DNA of 63,808 nt, filler included, from Nemertoderma westbladi (lineage: Eukaryota; Animalia; Xenacoelomorpha): the NCBI GenBank assembly GCA_032718475.1. It is 3 parts of 3 records of this genome, joined end to end, with 100 filler letters (N's around TTAATTAATTAA, not from the genome) between each part and the next. Parts side by side here need not be neighbours in the genome. Positions count along the whole stretch, not along the records: positions 1 to 25,054 come from JAUCBJ010005924.1; 2 more parts are not named here. One strand, written 5' to 3'. Position numbers and translations under genes: made by a program. The notes beneath the pieces were generated by a model. It worked only from the letters and a program-made list of their open reading frames with translations, searched no databases and was not told the origin of the DNA. Below, piece after piece: positions 1 through 12,059 of this stretch (its first letter is position 1; the number at the start of each line of letters is the position of its first letter).

Positions 1-1
1 C

Positions 2-2494
2 TCATGGGACGATCCGCTTAAGGGAGAACTGTTGAAGAAATGGATGAAATGGGAAGATTCTCTACCGGCCATCGAGAACTTTATAATTTCCCGTGCATAT
101 TTTGGTCATGTTCTTCCTACGTATTCCTATCAACTCCATGTGTTTGGAGACGCCAGCGACATGGGAATAGGTATAGTAGCATATCTGCGAGTCGAAACTC
201 CGGATGGAATCAAAGTCGCCTTGGTTACCTCTAAGGCATTGATTAACAACAAGTTAAAGGTTCCTCGAGCGGAGTTAAAGGCGGCTTTATACGCTACAGC
301 CATCGGCCGGAACGTAACAGAACAAATCGACTATCCACTGGAGAAAACGGTTTATTGGACCGACGCTTTACTCGTGTTGGAGTATCTAACCAATGAAGTC
401 TGTCAGTTCAGCGTTTTTGTTACTAACAGGGTAGCTATTATTCTTAGTCGCACAAAGATAGATCAATGGAGACATTGCCCTGGTACGATTAATCCAGCCG
501 ATATCGCCTCCAGGGGAGCAACTCCACAGGAACTGATAGATACTCCAGATTGGTTGGGTGGACCCGACTTCCTGAGCAAGGAAGAGGATGAATGGCCTCC
601 TCACCTTACTACGGCGGAGATTAGACAAGCCAAGGGAGCGGAGACAGTCAAACCTAAAACCCGGGCGAGTAAATCGAAGTTATTTAAACCGACGATCGAT
701 CTATCTGTATTACATACTTCCGGGAATGATGCTTCGGATCCACAATCCCTCGCCACAAATAAGTCTGTTGTGGAAATTAGGGATAGAGATTGGAAATCTG
801 GAATACCAGACGTCTCGCAAGGAATCTCACCCCTGCTGCAGAGAGCAATGCATCACTACAGTTCCTGGAATCGGCTCTGTAAAGCCGTCACATATTTAAG
901 GCGATGTTTTCATCATCACTACTCCAGGACGAAGACCACTAGTGATACCGCTCCATTGACATCTGCACAAGTTCATGTTATTAAAAATTAACCCAAATAT
1001 AAGACATCTGACCGGTTTCTCAAGGAGAAAATTAGTTACCAGGAGCATGAAGAAACCAATAAGCAGATACTGAGACTCCTGCAATGCTATGAAGATTCCG
1101 ATAAGTATTTCCTGTTGTTGAGAAATCCGCAGATGCGCTTACGGGATCGCTTCTCTAGCACAATGATAGATGGGTTAATACGTGTTGGAGGAAGGCTCAC
1201 CAATGCGCCATTATCCTTTGACACTAAATTCCCCATACTCATTAGAAATCTTGAAGTACAAATCAAGATGATTGTAGATGTTCACAGCAAACTCTATCAT
1301 GCTGGTAGAGAACGAGTTCTTAGCGAAATTCGAACTCGCTATTATTTTGATAAACCCCGTAGAGCTCTGAACCAAGTTCTTAGGAACTGCATACCCTGTA
1401 GGAAAGCATTCAGTAGGCCTTTAACACAGCGAGAGGCAGAATTACCTAGGGAACGAGTAAGCTTCTTTGAACCACCTTTTACTAATACTGGTGTAGATTT
1501 ATTTGGCCCTATTGAAGTATATCGTGCTAGGACTATAGTCAAGAGATGGTGTGTCATCTTCGTATGCATGACTTGTAGAGCCATCCATCTCGATATGGTG
1601 AATGATCTATCTACCAACAGCTTCGTCTTAAGTTTACGCCGACAGATCGCTCGCTTCGGGACGAGTAATACCATGAGATCGGATAAGGGAACGAACTTCA
1701 TTGGTGCCAACAACGAAATACAGGCTTACGTAAAGGACTGGAACCAAAGACAGGTGGACGATCAGCTAAGGATAACAGCGTCTAGCTGGACCTTCAATGC
1801 CGCCGACGCCCCTTGGTGGGGAGGAAGTTGGGAGAGATTAATTAGAAGTGTCAAGACCGCATTTCACTTTATAGTGCCATGCCGCGCGTATCTCACCGAC
1901 GAACTTTTGCGGACATTAATGGAGGAAATAGCTGCCTATCTCAACGAGAGACCGCTTATGCCAGTCTCATCGAGTCCCGATTCCCTGGAAGCGCTAACAC
2001 CCGCGCACTTCCTACTGAAGAAACCTGTAGCCATGCTCCCACGATTGGAGATTGCCGACGGAGACGAATACTGCCGTCGAACTTGGCAACTTATGCAGTT
2101 GCTATCCCATCGTTTCGCTGACCATTTCGAGAAACATTATCTGCCCATGCTACAACTTCGAACTAAGTGGTTTGCGCAGCAAGGAAACGTCAGCACCGGA
2201 GATATGGTGCTTATTGTAGATCCAGACCTCCCACGTAAACGGTGGCAGACAGGTCGTATCATCGAGACTCACATCTCGGATGATGGTTTAGTACGCTCGG
2301 TAGAACTCGTCGTCATGCGGCGTAACTTCAAGAAGCCAGGCATAATCTTTGAGACGCAACAACTCAACCGCCCAGTTGGTCGTTTATGTTTACTGGAAAG
2401 AGACAGAGAACTCTCCGGAAACTATGGAAGGCAAGACACTCTTCCCACGACCACCTCCCTAATTCCTCAAACATCTAGGGACTCCCCAACGTGA
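2..2494 (+). pseudogene. pol: BEL/Pao pol C-terminal part: RNase H, HHCC zinc finger, DDE integrase, DUF5641-like tail; one in-frame TAA at 989-991
   Basis: Motifs WDDPL, LHVFGDAS, PRAELKAA, YWTDA, NPADIASRG; H..HAG..CIPC; TGVDLFGP, SDKGTNF, PWWGGSWERLI, LTPAHFL. ORFs 32-991 and 1115-2494 are in the same frame and 992-1114 is open (PKYKTSDRFLKEKISYQE...), so a single nonsense lesion. Confidence 0.93.
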
Positions 2495-4114
2495 TACGTC
2501 TGGAGTGGGTGTATGACTATATTGTTTTATCTATTTTATTATATTTTATATGCGAACTTTATTATGTACTTTATTATAATCGTTTTTATTCAATTTTATT
2601 TAGTAGAAGGTTATTTTAGATTATTTGGTAGATTAGTGCAATATATTAGTGTTTATTACGTAATTACATATATATAATATATTTAGTGTGACGGCGAGAA
2701 ATAATTTTTCTCTTTCCTTACTGTCCGTATCATATTATAAATACGTGACTACAGTAAGATGAAATGTCTGTACTTATTAAAGTACAATAAAGCCACTACT
2801 ATATTTAAGTATTATTGGTAGGCAGAGTATTAGGAATGCAAAGTTCAGATCCTCGTGTCTCGGCTAAACCAAGCTCTGGGTAGACCTTGGAAATGACTTG
2901 CCTCTTCACACTGACATTGCTTCGTGCGATATTGCTCTTCTACCTTATATTAAATAATACATATAGTAGCGTGATGTCCATATAACAGTAGCGTAAAACG
3001 CAAATAAATCTGTTAAACCTTTTGACCATCTGTAATTCTAGTCGATTAAGATATCGCGGCACCCACCGATATACTTGAAAGACAAATTCTAGAATCAGTG
3101 GTTAACGTCCCCAGACAAGTTCTGGAATAAATCGGTGCCCATCTTAAATATTAATTTAATATTTATTAAAATCTGTAAAATTCAGATCCTTTAAAATTTC
3201 TAGTCAATTAAGATATCGCAGCACTTACAGATACTCTTAAAAGACAATTTTCATAGAATTAAGGATCCTATGTCCCCAGACCTGCTCTGGAATCAAATTG
3301 TGTCAATTGTACTATCAAATAATAAAATTCACGGGAATAAATTTAAATTCATATTTTAAATGAATTTCATAAATTGTCATTTTGTGCAATTTATAACATT
3401 CCCAAAATTCCATTAATTAATAGATCATGGGAGCGGAGATTCATCCTATTGAGTGTATTAGAGTGCGAGAATCTCCAACATATAGTCAATAGCGGATAAA
3501 ATTAATAAAATCATGTATAAAGAGGATATTGACAATTAAAGAATTACTATTAAATAGCATTCCAGATCTGTATGCATGAGTATTACCCTAATTCTACCGC
3601 TAGCTTTCCATAATGTCACCATAGCAACACCCACGCTAGAATTAGAAGCAAGTTAAAGGAACAATAGAAAGCTTGTCACATTGCATAGCATAGAGAATAC
3701 ATAGCACTCTGTTAGTATCCAAAGATACACAGTAATAACGTGACATTCTGGAAGGCACTGACTAACGGACAAATGGCCTGTATGTGTACAATTGGTGACA
3801 GTTGTGTGGAATTTGTGTGTTTATAGGTGAATGTTACTGCTAAAGTATGTTTACAGTAGCTAGTCGCCATTGTGAAAGTAGCCCAACTCTCCTATAGAAA
3901 GAACCTAAAGTGGATTCAAGCCTTTGGGACGGACAGTGGAGTGACTTGTGCCGGTTATCGTTGTCGTGCTGTTGCTACATGTTGGCGTAAACACCGCGAC
4001 GACGGTACATCGGCGCTGAGAATCCCACTGTCCGGGGGCAAAGAGAGGTAGGCAGCGACGTCCGCTCGCCTAAACATAAACTCATTTCGATATTAATAAA
4101 CTCAGATAGCAGAT

Positions 4115-5561
4115 ATGACGGAGTTGATAGAAGATGATCTTGGTATCAGGGAGCGATATACTCTACCCTTACAAGCATTTGTGGATAGCTTGATACGCGG
4201 TGAAACCGATCCAACCATTACGGAGGACGATGGTCGTTATATCGAACCGCCGATGTCCCAAGAGCAACTTACGCGTGAATTGGACTATCGAAAATTCACC
4301 GCTCGCTATACGCATCGTAATAGTACGTATATGGACTTCCTAACTACCGGCCATCCTATCGATTACATGATAGGAAGATGTAGACACCGAAAGGGAAATG
4401 GTTCTATTTAAATATCATACCCAGCGGAGTCGTAACGATAAACCGAGAATAGATCACGAAAATTCTATTCGTAACAGACTGGGAAGACGAACCAATATGC
4501 CTAGAATCTGAGGAGATTCAGCCTATCGCGCCCGGAACAGCGACAACGATTACATCCTAGAATGGTATCAAGGTCCACAGTGTCTCACTGCGTACAATTA
4601 TCGCCATGCCAACTATGTTTCTCGGCAACGTTGTCGGTTATGCGCATCGAGAGACCATGTTACGCCCATGGACACAAACGTCCGCTGTTCCTATTTCCAA
4701 GAACAACCGACTATGGAAATTTATTGCGCATATTGCAGACTCAATAACTTGCATATTTTTGCGGTTTGCCCTCAATTTATGACTCAATGTCACAATTGTA
4801 AACTAAAGGGACACGCCAGTTTCGATTGCCCTTTTAATCACGATTTGGAAAGCGTAGATGAAATGATCACACTACGTTACATCAGAGCTTGGGAAGCGAA
4901 CGCTGATTTACATTGTGATTCGCGCCATCGCTATTATCCCGGACGCGCTTACGAAGGAGTTTATGCGTTCCATCCTTATCTATTCGCTTCGGTCGAACAG
5001 AAATCACGCATATCGAGTTACGAACTACTAAAGCGTGTCGGAGAATGTATTTCAACCAAATTCGTACGCAAATTTCTCAGGAGTGTTAATCCTAGCGACC
5101 TTCATTCCTATAACTTAATCAATTATATCCGTCAGGATCCAGACTATGGAGACTTATTTGTTAACTCACACCCCGAGTTACAGGAAGTATATCGACGGCC
5201 TTACGAATACTGAGCCCGCGAACGCGAGTTGGAAAGAACCATTAAACCCAGGAGGTTTCTGACTGCCTATGGTCCACCCACGGCTCACGTTCAGACTACT
5301 CGTAAAGGACCCGTAAGAGCGGCTGTCCTAAAACGCGCTCTCAAGGCCGTTAGACCCCTCTCCCCCGACGTTGATGTCAATCAACCCGGTACTTCGACTG
5401 GCGGATACACAGACCATAATCCTACACCCTCTGATGCAATTATATTGCACCCTTCACCCAGGAGTTATAGCCCTCCTTGTAAAGTGGCTCGCCCCAAAGA
5501 GAAAAGGACTCTGGCCACCTTTAAAAAACTGCGTAAACGCCGTCCGCGCAAAAAAGACTAA
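4115..5561 (+). pseudogene. Extra ORF of BEL/Pao element between pol and 3' LTR: triple CCHC-type zinc-knuckle protein with basic C-terminus (one frameshift, two TGA stops)
   Basis: ORF 4115-4411 shifts near 4372 into the frame of 4668-5213 and 5229-5561; that frame is broken only by TGA 4509-4511 and TGA 5211-5213. Motifs CRLCASRDH-X9-C, CAYCRLNNLHIFAVC, CHNCKLKGHASFDC; C-terminus KKLRKRRPRKKD. Confidence 0.6.
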
Positions 5562-5639
5562 CTGTTTAGAGTATTTACATATATTAGAAACTGTGATTTT
5601 TGTATATTTATAAACTTGAATCCCATTTTCTGGGAGCGG

Positions 5640-6811
5640 TGTAAAAGCTTTTGCGGATATACTCAGTCCCCCTCGCCCGCAAGGTACCGTTATAGGTGTT
5701 TTAACGGACATAAAAGTCATTCTTCTATATGTGTGCTTTGGCGGACATGGTAAGGCAAAAAACCCGCAATGCGTCAAATACCCTGGCACAGCTTAGCCTT
5801 GATGATTCAGATTACGACATCTAACAGCTGGTTGCTGACATGGAAACGGCCATTGGACACATGGTTCTTTGTTTAGCTTAACAGCCAATCAGAGCGATTT
5901 TTTCTGTCGATGTGGAGATATTTGGCCGATCGTGCTAGGAGTGTTCAGTCTTACTGTTTTTCTTGATACTGTTGTGTTGTTTCTATCTAGGCCAGGAACA
6001 CCGGCTCTAGAGTCCATTCGTTTCAGACTTTAGAAGAAACATTAGTAGGCTTAAGATTATAGAGCGTATAACTGTTATCAGTTCATAACTTGTCATATCA
6101 TATCTTAACCTACCGTCTTAATGCTTTTTACTGTTGTCATATTTTGTATCAGTTGGTTGAATATTATTTGGAGAACATTTATAAAGAACCCAAATTTCCC
6201 AATTTTCTTGATACACTACAGGTTAGAGAGACAGGTTACATATAGCGATTGCGACTTATATGATTGTGGTTTGTAGTGAATTTAATGCTATTTGATAAGC
6301 ACTACATGAGTCAGTTGCTGTTCTCTTTATACATGATAAAATTCATTGACGGTCGGCAAATTAGTGAGCAGTATTGTGTTTTACCGGTAGTGTGCATGAT
6401 TGTGACTGACAACTAAGCATTTCCTAAAGAATGCGCCTCATACGTGAATCATAAGCCTTACCGACTTACCGTTGTGATTAGTATAAGTCATATCTCTGTT
6501 TACCTAGATAGAGCGCCACGTCCTAAAGGAACTGTTAATATTTCCCGAAAGTGAATAATATTAGTCAGAAATTATTTATTAACGATCAATCGAATAATAC
6601 AGTAAGCTTACACTGCAATAATAATCTAAGCCCTCAGAATCCAGTCTCCCGGGTATATCCAGCGGGTGAATGGACGCGCACTAGGCTGGCTTCTGCTAAT
6701 GTTGTGTTTATTGGTATTAAATATTTGTCAATTTCTAAAGTCTATTTATAAACCAAAAGACATATAAATTTTGGCAGGTTAAACTGCTAAAGGTCTTCAA
6801 AAGCGCGTACA
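5640..6811 (+). repeat. Long terminal repeat (3' LTR of copy A), ~1.17 kb
   Basis: Starts TGTAAAAGCTTTTG after PPT, ends GCGCGTACA; aligns by eye over its length to the reverse complement of 32165-33405; CCAAT-box motif AGCCAATCAG near 5883 (CCAATCAG in the other copy). Confidence 0.8.
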
Positions 6812-6859
6812 ATGTATAATCAGAAATAAAAAACCTGCAAGATCTCCTAATGTCTCCTG

Positions 6860-7160
6860 AGTGTTGGTGGGGTTGATCAACATGCTTTATTTAATATTCT
6901 TTTTTGGGAACTTCGATGCACTTTACTCAGCATTTCAAGTAGACCTACACCTTGTGTTTAAGGGTGGCATCCTGTTTCAAAAGAAACCTGGGAAACTGCT
7001 TACCCTAATACCCACACAGTGGTCATAAGTCCCAGATCGATCATGTCCTATTTAGGAAGAAGTACAGAACTCTGTTCATGTACTTACTTAAAAGTTCGGA
7101 TTTTCCAAACTGACCATGTCGTCTTACGTGTGTGCAGAACCAAACTCAGTCTTAGGAATC
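6860..7160 (+). mobile_element. Degenerate non-LTR (RTE-like) endonuclease fragment
   Basis: Residual motifs such as GNFDA and SQIDHVLFRKK-like translation with frameshifts. Confidence 0.4.
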
Positions 7161-7312
7161 CTATAATGAATTAATATTTTAGGGTCTCTGGCAGGTAAGA
7201 TGCGGTGGTCAGAGAAGACTAAATCTTATCAGGGTGATTGCGTCACTCGTATTTATCAGGTAGTAATAGGCCAGTCATCTGGTCAATCACTACCAATGTG
7301 CTACAGTATATA

Positions 7313-8223
7313 CACCATGACCCGTAATATAGTGTCATTTTCTAATGACACGGACCCCACCCCCCCCCCCCCCCCCAAATTTTTCTACAAATCTTTATCA
7401 TATTGTTTGAAATTTGAAACACAACTAGTTCAACTCACCGTGGTTGTTATCATGAAGCCGGAATTTTCGATTTCGCCTTTAAATTTTATTTATAAGCGTT
7501 TTAAAAAAATGTCTTTTACGAAATCGCACCCTCTGTATCATTGCCATTCTTCACTTTAGTGGTAATTTTTTCACATCAATAGAAAGCTAGCGTTGAAAGG
7601 ATTCCTAATATGTAGCAATATCTGAATTTCATTGAGAAACAGCTGAGAAATAGGCGTTCAAAGATTGCAAGAATTATTGTTCACTGCAGGCCATTTATTC
7701 TATTTAAAAAATACACAATATTCTAGAACGTGTTATTTATTTTATGAGTTGGTAGGCAACAGCGGTATGCCTATACAATATATATATTGCCTAGCTAATC
7801 ATACATAAACAAATTGTTCCAGAATATTGTGTATTTATTAAATATAATAAATGGCCTGCAGTGAACAATAATTCTTGCAATCTTTGAATGCCTATTTCTC
7901 AGCTGTTTCTCAACGAAATTCAGACATTGTTACATATTTGGAATCCTTGCAACGCAAGCTTTCTATTGATATGAAAAAATTACGACTAAAGTGAAGAATG
8001 GCCACGATACGGAGGGTGCGATTTCGCAAAAGACACTTTTTTAAACGCTTATAAATAAAATTTAAAGGCGAAATCGAAAATTCCGGCTTCATGGTGACAA
8101 CCACGGTGAGTTGAACTAGTTGAGTTTTAAATTTCAAGCAATATGATAAAGATTTGTAGAAAAATTTGGGGGGTGGGGTGGTCCGTGTCATCAGAAAATG
8201 ACACTATATTACGGGTCATGGTG
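7313..8223. mobile_element. Foldback MITE, Tc1/mariner-type, ~910 bp almost entirely inverted repeat
   Basis: Begins CACCATGACCCGTAATATAGTGTCATTTTC, ends GAAAATGACACTATATTACGGGTCATGGTG; TA on both sides (7311-12, 8224-25); arms of roughly 420 bp give near-identical ORFs on opposite strands (7200+, 8191-). Confidence 0.9.
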
Positions 8224-9184
8224 TAATTGGATAATTATGATATTATAACGTAACCCACTCCAACCCCCCCCCCCCCCCCCCCCCCCCCTTATACTCCCAG
8301 ATATCCAACGTACTTGCTACAGTATAACGTTAACACCTAGGAGTAGGAAGGTATTCTTCATCTCCCACGAAAAGTAATCATCACTAGAACTTTGTAAAAC
8401 ATTAAATAACTTCTTGCCGAAGCCAAATCATCCCCCACACTACAGTATCACTTTGCATCACTTTGCTATCACTCTTGGTGTATGCTTTAGGCCTTGCCTT
8501 CCGTGCTGGCTGCCGCTGTCGAGGGCAGTAAACACAATTTTAGTTCAGCCCAAATGTTGTCAACTCAGGTAAGGCAGGCGTGCCTTGAGAAGCGTCCTCT
8601 GATGGACATTGCCGTTCCAGATACATTACTTTTATTACATTGTAATATTATGTTTGCAGTTTATTTTATAACTAAATTTACGATGGCGGTTACGGTGACG
8701 TCACAATAATGCACACAAACCTTTACTGATACTCTATTCCTAATAGGATGCATTTGACGTTGGAATTAGCTGTGAGATCTTGCGGCAAATGGCTACTTAA
8801 AATTCAATAGCCGAGGTAGCCCACGGCAAAATCGCCTATGGCAAGATCATTTGCCGTGAGCCGCGGGAATCCATGACAAATAAATGGAAAATTATAAAGG
8901 AAAACAATCAATGTATCTAATAGAAGATGACTTTAAGTGGAAGATACTGTAGTTGGGGTTGTTAGTTAACCAGCAATTTGCTCCCATATAAACACACATA
9001 TGGCAGTATGCAAATGCAAAACACATCAGCACCAAAACACACATGCATTGTGTAATAGTAATGATGTGCTTTAGGTAAGGACAATGACAGTACCGGGCGG
9101 TGTTACAACATGTGGAGTCTGATTGTGCTTCAGAATATTAATTTATAGAGCACTAATATCCATAATCAATAACCACCAATAATC

Positions 9185-9313
9185 AAAAACTCAATAATTG
9201 GGTGCGATAATCCGGTACTTATGAAGCTCGTGGCTAACTATAAAAATCTTCAAAATGTTGCCCACGAGCTTCATAAGTACCCGATAATCCCACCGAAACA
9301 GAATTGAGTTTTT
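9185..9313. repeat. Hairpin / short inverted repeat
   Basis: GGTACTTATGAAGCTCGTGG (9214-9233) is the perfect reverse complement of 9262-9281; outer AAAAACTCAAT/ATTGAGTTTTT pair. Confidence 0.8.
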
Positions 9314-9791
9314 AGAAGTTGTAATATGTTAAAATAACTGAGATTATTGTAGCGTTTAAAGTTTAGAAAATATTGGAATCTCAAGTTTTGATAAGTTGTT
9401 TAGCCCATGTGAAGTATAGGGCTCTACCAGAATTTCTGCTTATATATATGCTGCAATCATATTGCATTCAAAGCCATCCTATATCAATTATTATTTCACT
9501 AACCAGCTGCTGGTAATTGAATACCATCCATATTAATTTATATCTACAGCAAAACAGCAATGTGCATTAATAACAATAATAATCTGCCCAATGGACACTC
9601 ATTAGACTCCAATTATCACCATACATGGTAACAACCAACAACTCCTTTGTAGAGCCTGTAATCTGATCTGACATTATTAACAATAAAATTACCAGTAGCA
9701 GGAAATGTTTAGCCCACTAGCGTTTCTCATTGGATAATAATTAGGCTTATTAACGTTCCCCTTCAAATTCATAGAATGTGTTGTAAGAAAC

Positions 9792-10118
9792 AAGTCATAT
9801 CTCTGTTTACCTAGATAGAGCGCCACGTCCTAAAGGAACTGTTAATATTTCCCGAAAGTGAATAATATTAGTCAGAAATTATTTATTAACGATCAATCGA
9901 ATAATACAGTAAGCTTACACTGCAATAATAATCTAAGCCCTCAGAATCCAGTCTCCCGGGTATATCCAGCGGGTGAATGGACGCGCACTAGGCTGGCTTC
10001 TGCTAATGTTGTGTTTATTGGTATTAAATATTTGTCAACTTCTAAAGTCTATTTATAAACCAAAAGACATATAAATTTTGGCAGGTTAAACTGCTAAAGG
10101 TCTTCAAAAGCGCGTACA
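9792..10118 (+). repeat. Truncated copy of the 3' end of the BEL/Pao LTR
   Basis: Near-identical to 6485-6811 (offset 3307; I see one substitution) and ends at the same GCGCGTACA terminus. Confidence 0.9.
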
Positions 10119-10120
10119 AT

Positions 10121-11391
10121 AATTATGAAGGGCCGCCTGCAGCTAGTTTCTATATAATTATGAAGGGCCGCCTGCAGCTAGTTTCTATATAATTATGAAG
10201 GGCCGCCTGCAGCTAGTTTCTATATAATTATGAAGGGCCGCCTGCAGCTAGTTTCTATATAATTATGAAGGGCCGCCTGCAGCTAGTTTCTATATAATTA
10301 TGAAGGGCCGCCTGCAGCTAGTTTCTATATAATTATGAAGGGCCGCCTGCAGCTAGTTTCTATATAATTATGAAGGGCCGCCTGCAGCTAGTTTCTATAT
10401 AATTATGAAGGGCCGCCTGCAGCTAGTTTCTATATAATTATGAAGGGCCGCCTGCAGCTAGTTTCTATATAATTATGAAGGGCCGCCTGCAGCTAGTTTC
10501 TATATAATTATGAAGGGCCGCCTGCAGCTAGTTTCTATATAATTATGAAGGGCCGCCTGCAGCTAGTTTCTATATAATTATGAAGGGCCGCCTGCAGCTA
10601 GTTTCTATATAATTATGAAGGGCCGCCTGCAGCTAGTTTCTATATAATTATGAAGGGCCGCCTGCAGCTAGTTTCTATATAATTATGAAGGGCCGCCTGC
10701 AGCTAGTTTCTATATAATTATGAAGGGCCGCCTGCAGCTAGTTTCTATATAATTATGAAGGGCCGCCTGCAGCTAGTTTCTATATAATTATGAAGGGCCG
10801 CCTGCAGCTAGTTTCTATATAATTATGAAGGGCCGCCTGCAGCTAGTTTCTATATAATTATGAAGGGCCGCCTGCAGCTAGTTTCTATATAATTATGAAG
10901 GGCCGCCTGCAGCTAGTTTCTATATAATTATGAAGGGCCGCCTGCAGCTAGTTTCTATATAATTATGAAGGGCCGCCTGCAGCTAGTTTCTATATAATTA
11001 TGAAGGGCCGCCTGCAGCTAGTTTCTATATAATTATGAAGGGCCGCCTGCAGCTAGTTTCTATATAATTATGAAGGGCCGCCTGCAGCTAGTTTCTATAT
11101 AATTATGAAGGGCCGCCTGCAGCTAGTTTCTATATAATTATGAAGGGCCGCCTGCAGCTAGTTTCTATATAATTATGAAGGGCCGCCTGCAGCTAGTTTC
11201 TATATAATTATGAAGGGCCGCCTGCAGCTAGTTTCTATATAATTATGAAGGGCCGCCTGCAGCTAGTTTCTATATAATTATGAAGGGCCGCCTGCAGCTA
11301 GTTTCTATATAATTATGAAGGGCCGCCTGCAGCTAGTTTCTATATAATTATGAAGGGCCGCCTGCAGCTAGTTTCTATATAATTATGAAGG
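10121..11391. repeat. Perfect 35-bp tandem array, 36 copies plus a partial unit
   Basis: Unit AATTATGAAGGGCCGCCTGCAGCTAGTTTCTATAT repeated with no spacers and no visible variants. Confidence 0.97.
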
Positions 11392-12014
11392 CACCGTTGT
11401 TGTGTTCCTTTGTTTTGTTTCCTCTAATGGGCGGTGAATTTCTGTCGGCACTTCCTCAGCTACTGTAGTCACCTCGCCATCACGACCGAATAAACTGGAT
11501 GAATCGTCAGATGATGACTCGTCACTTCTGGGTTTTTGATTGGCTTATTGACCGTTGTTTTGTTCCTTTTTACTGATCTCTTTAATTGACGATCAATTCC
11601 TCCCGGCTCCGATCCTGGGCTATTCACTTTGGTTACATTTTTTACTTTCTTGGGTGATTTACGTGTGGGTAAATTCTTGGGGCTGTTTCGTTTTTATTAC
11701 TTTCTTGGGTGTTTTACGTGATTTCTCTCACAGGAGGTCTCCTCGTCATCGTGACTGTATGTACAGGATGAATCGTTGGGCGATGGATCATTACTTCTGG
11801 GTTTTCCACTGCGTAGTGGTTTAGAAGTTGTTGAGTTCCTTGAGACATGAACTATTTCCTCTATTTGGCGATGTGTCTCTGTAGTGCCATTCGATACCTT
11901 GTGTTTTTTAGAGCGGTATTTGCTGGTTTTTGTACGTCGTGCCATAATCGTAATAAGTTGAGTTTTAAAGATGATAATCGTGTTACTTAAATAATGTTTA
12001 TGTGAAAAAGAATT

Positions 12015-12048
<34 letters not shown>

Positions 12049-12059
12049 ATAAGGATATT

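Larger units (their letters stand above)
1..6811 (+). mobile_element. BEL/Pao LTR retrotransposon copy A, 3' part (RNase H-integrase, ~3.1-kb 3' region with extra ORF, PPT, 3' LTR); 5' part outside window
   Basis: Pao-type pol motifs at 2-2494; purine tract GGGAGCGG 5632-5639 directly before a TGTA...TACA-bounded repeat (5640-6811) that recurs upstream of a same-family gag on the other contig. Confidence 0.8.

Noticed and set aside
2510-2815. Short 3' LTR immediately after pol
   Set aside because: The TG start is CG in copy B and no second copy lies upstream of gag; the 5640-6811 repeat fits LTR criteria better (kept only as a possible relic)
7200-8191. Pair of similar ORFs on opposite strands
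   Set aside because: Mirror translations of MITE inverted arms
6551-10058. Duplicated 66-aa ORF (6551-6751, 9858-10058)
   Set aside because: Lies within LTR sequence, starts at GTG, and the diverged LTR copy has indels in this stretch
10121-11391. 35-bp repeats as a CRISPR array
   Set aside because: Units are head-to-tail with no spacers, no cas genes, eukaryotic context
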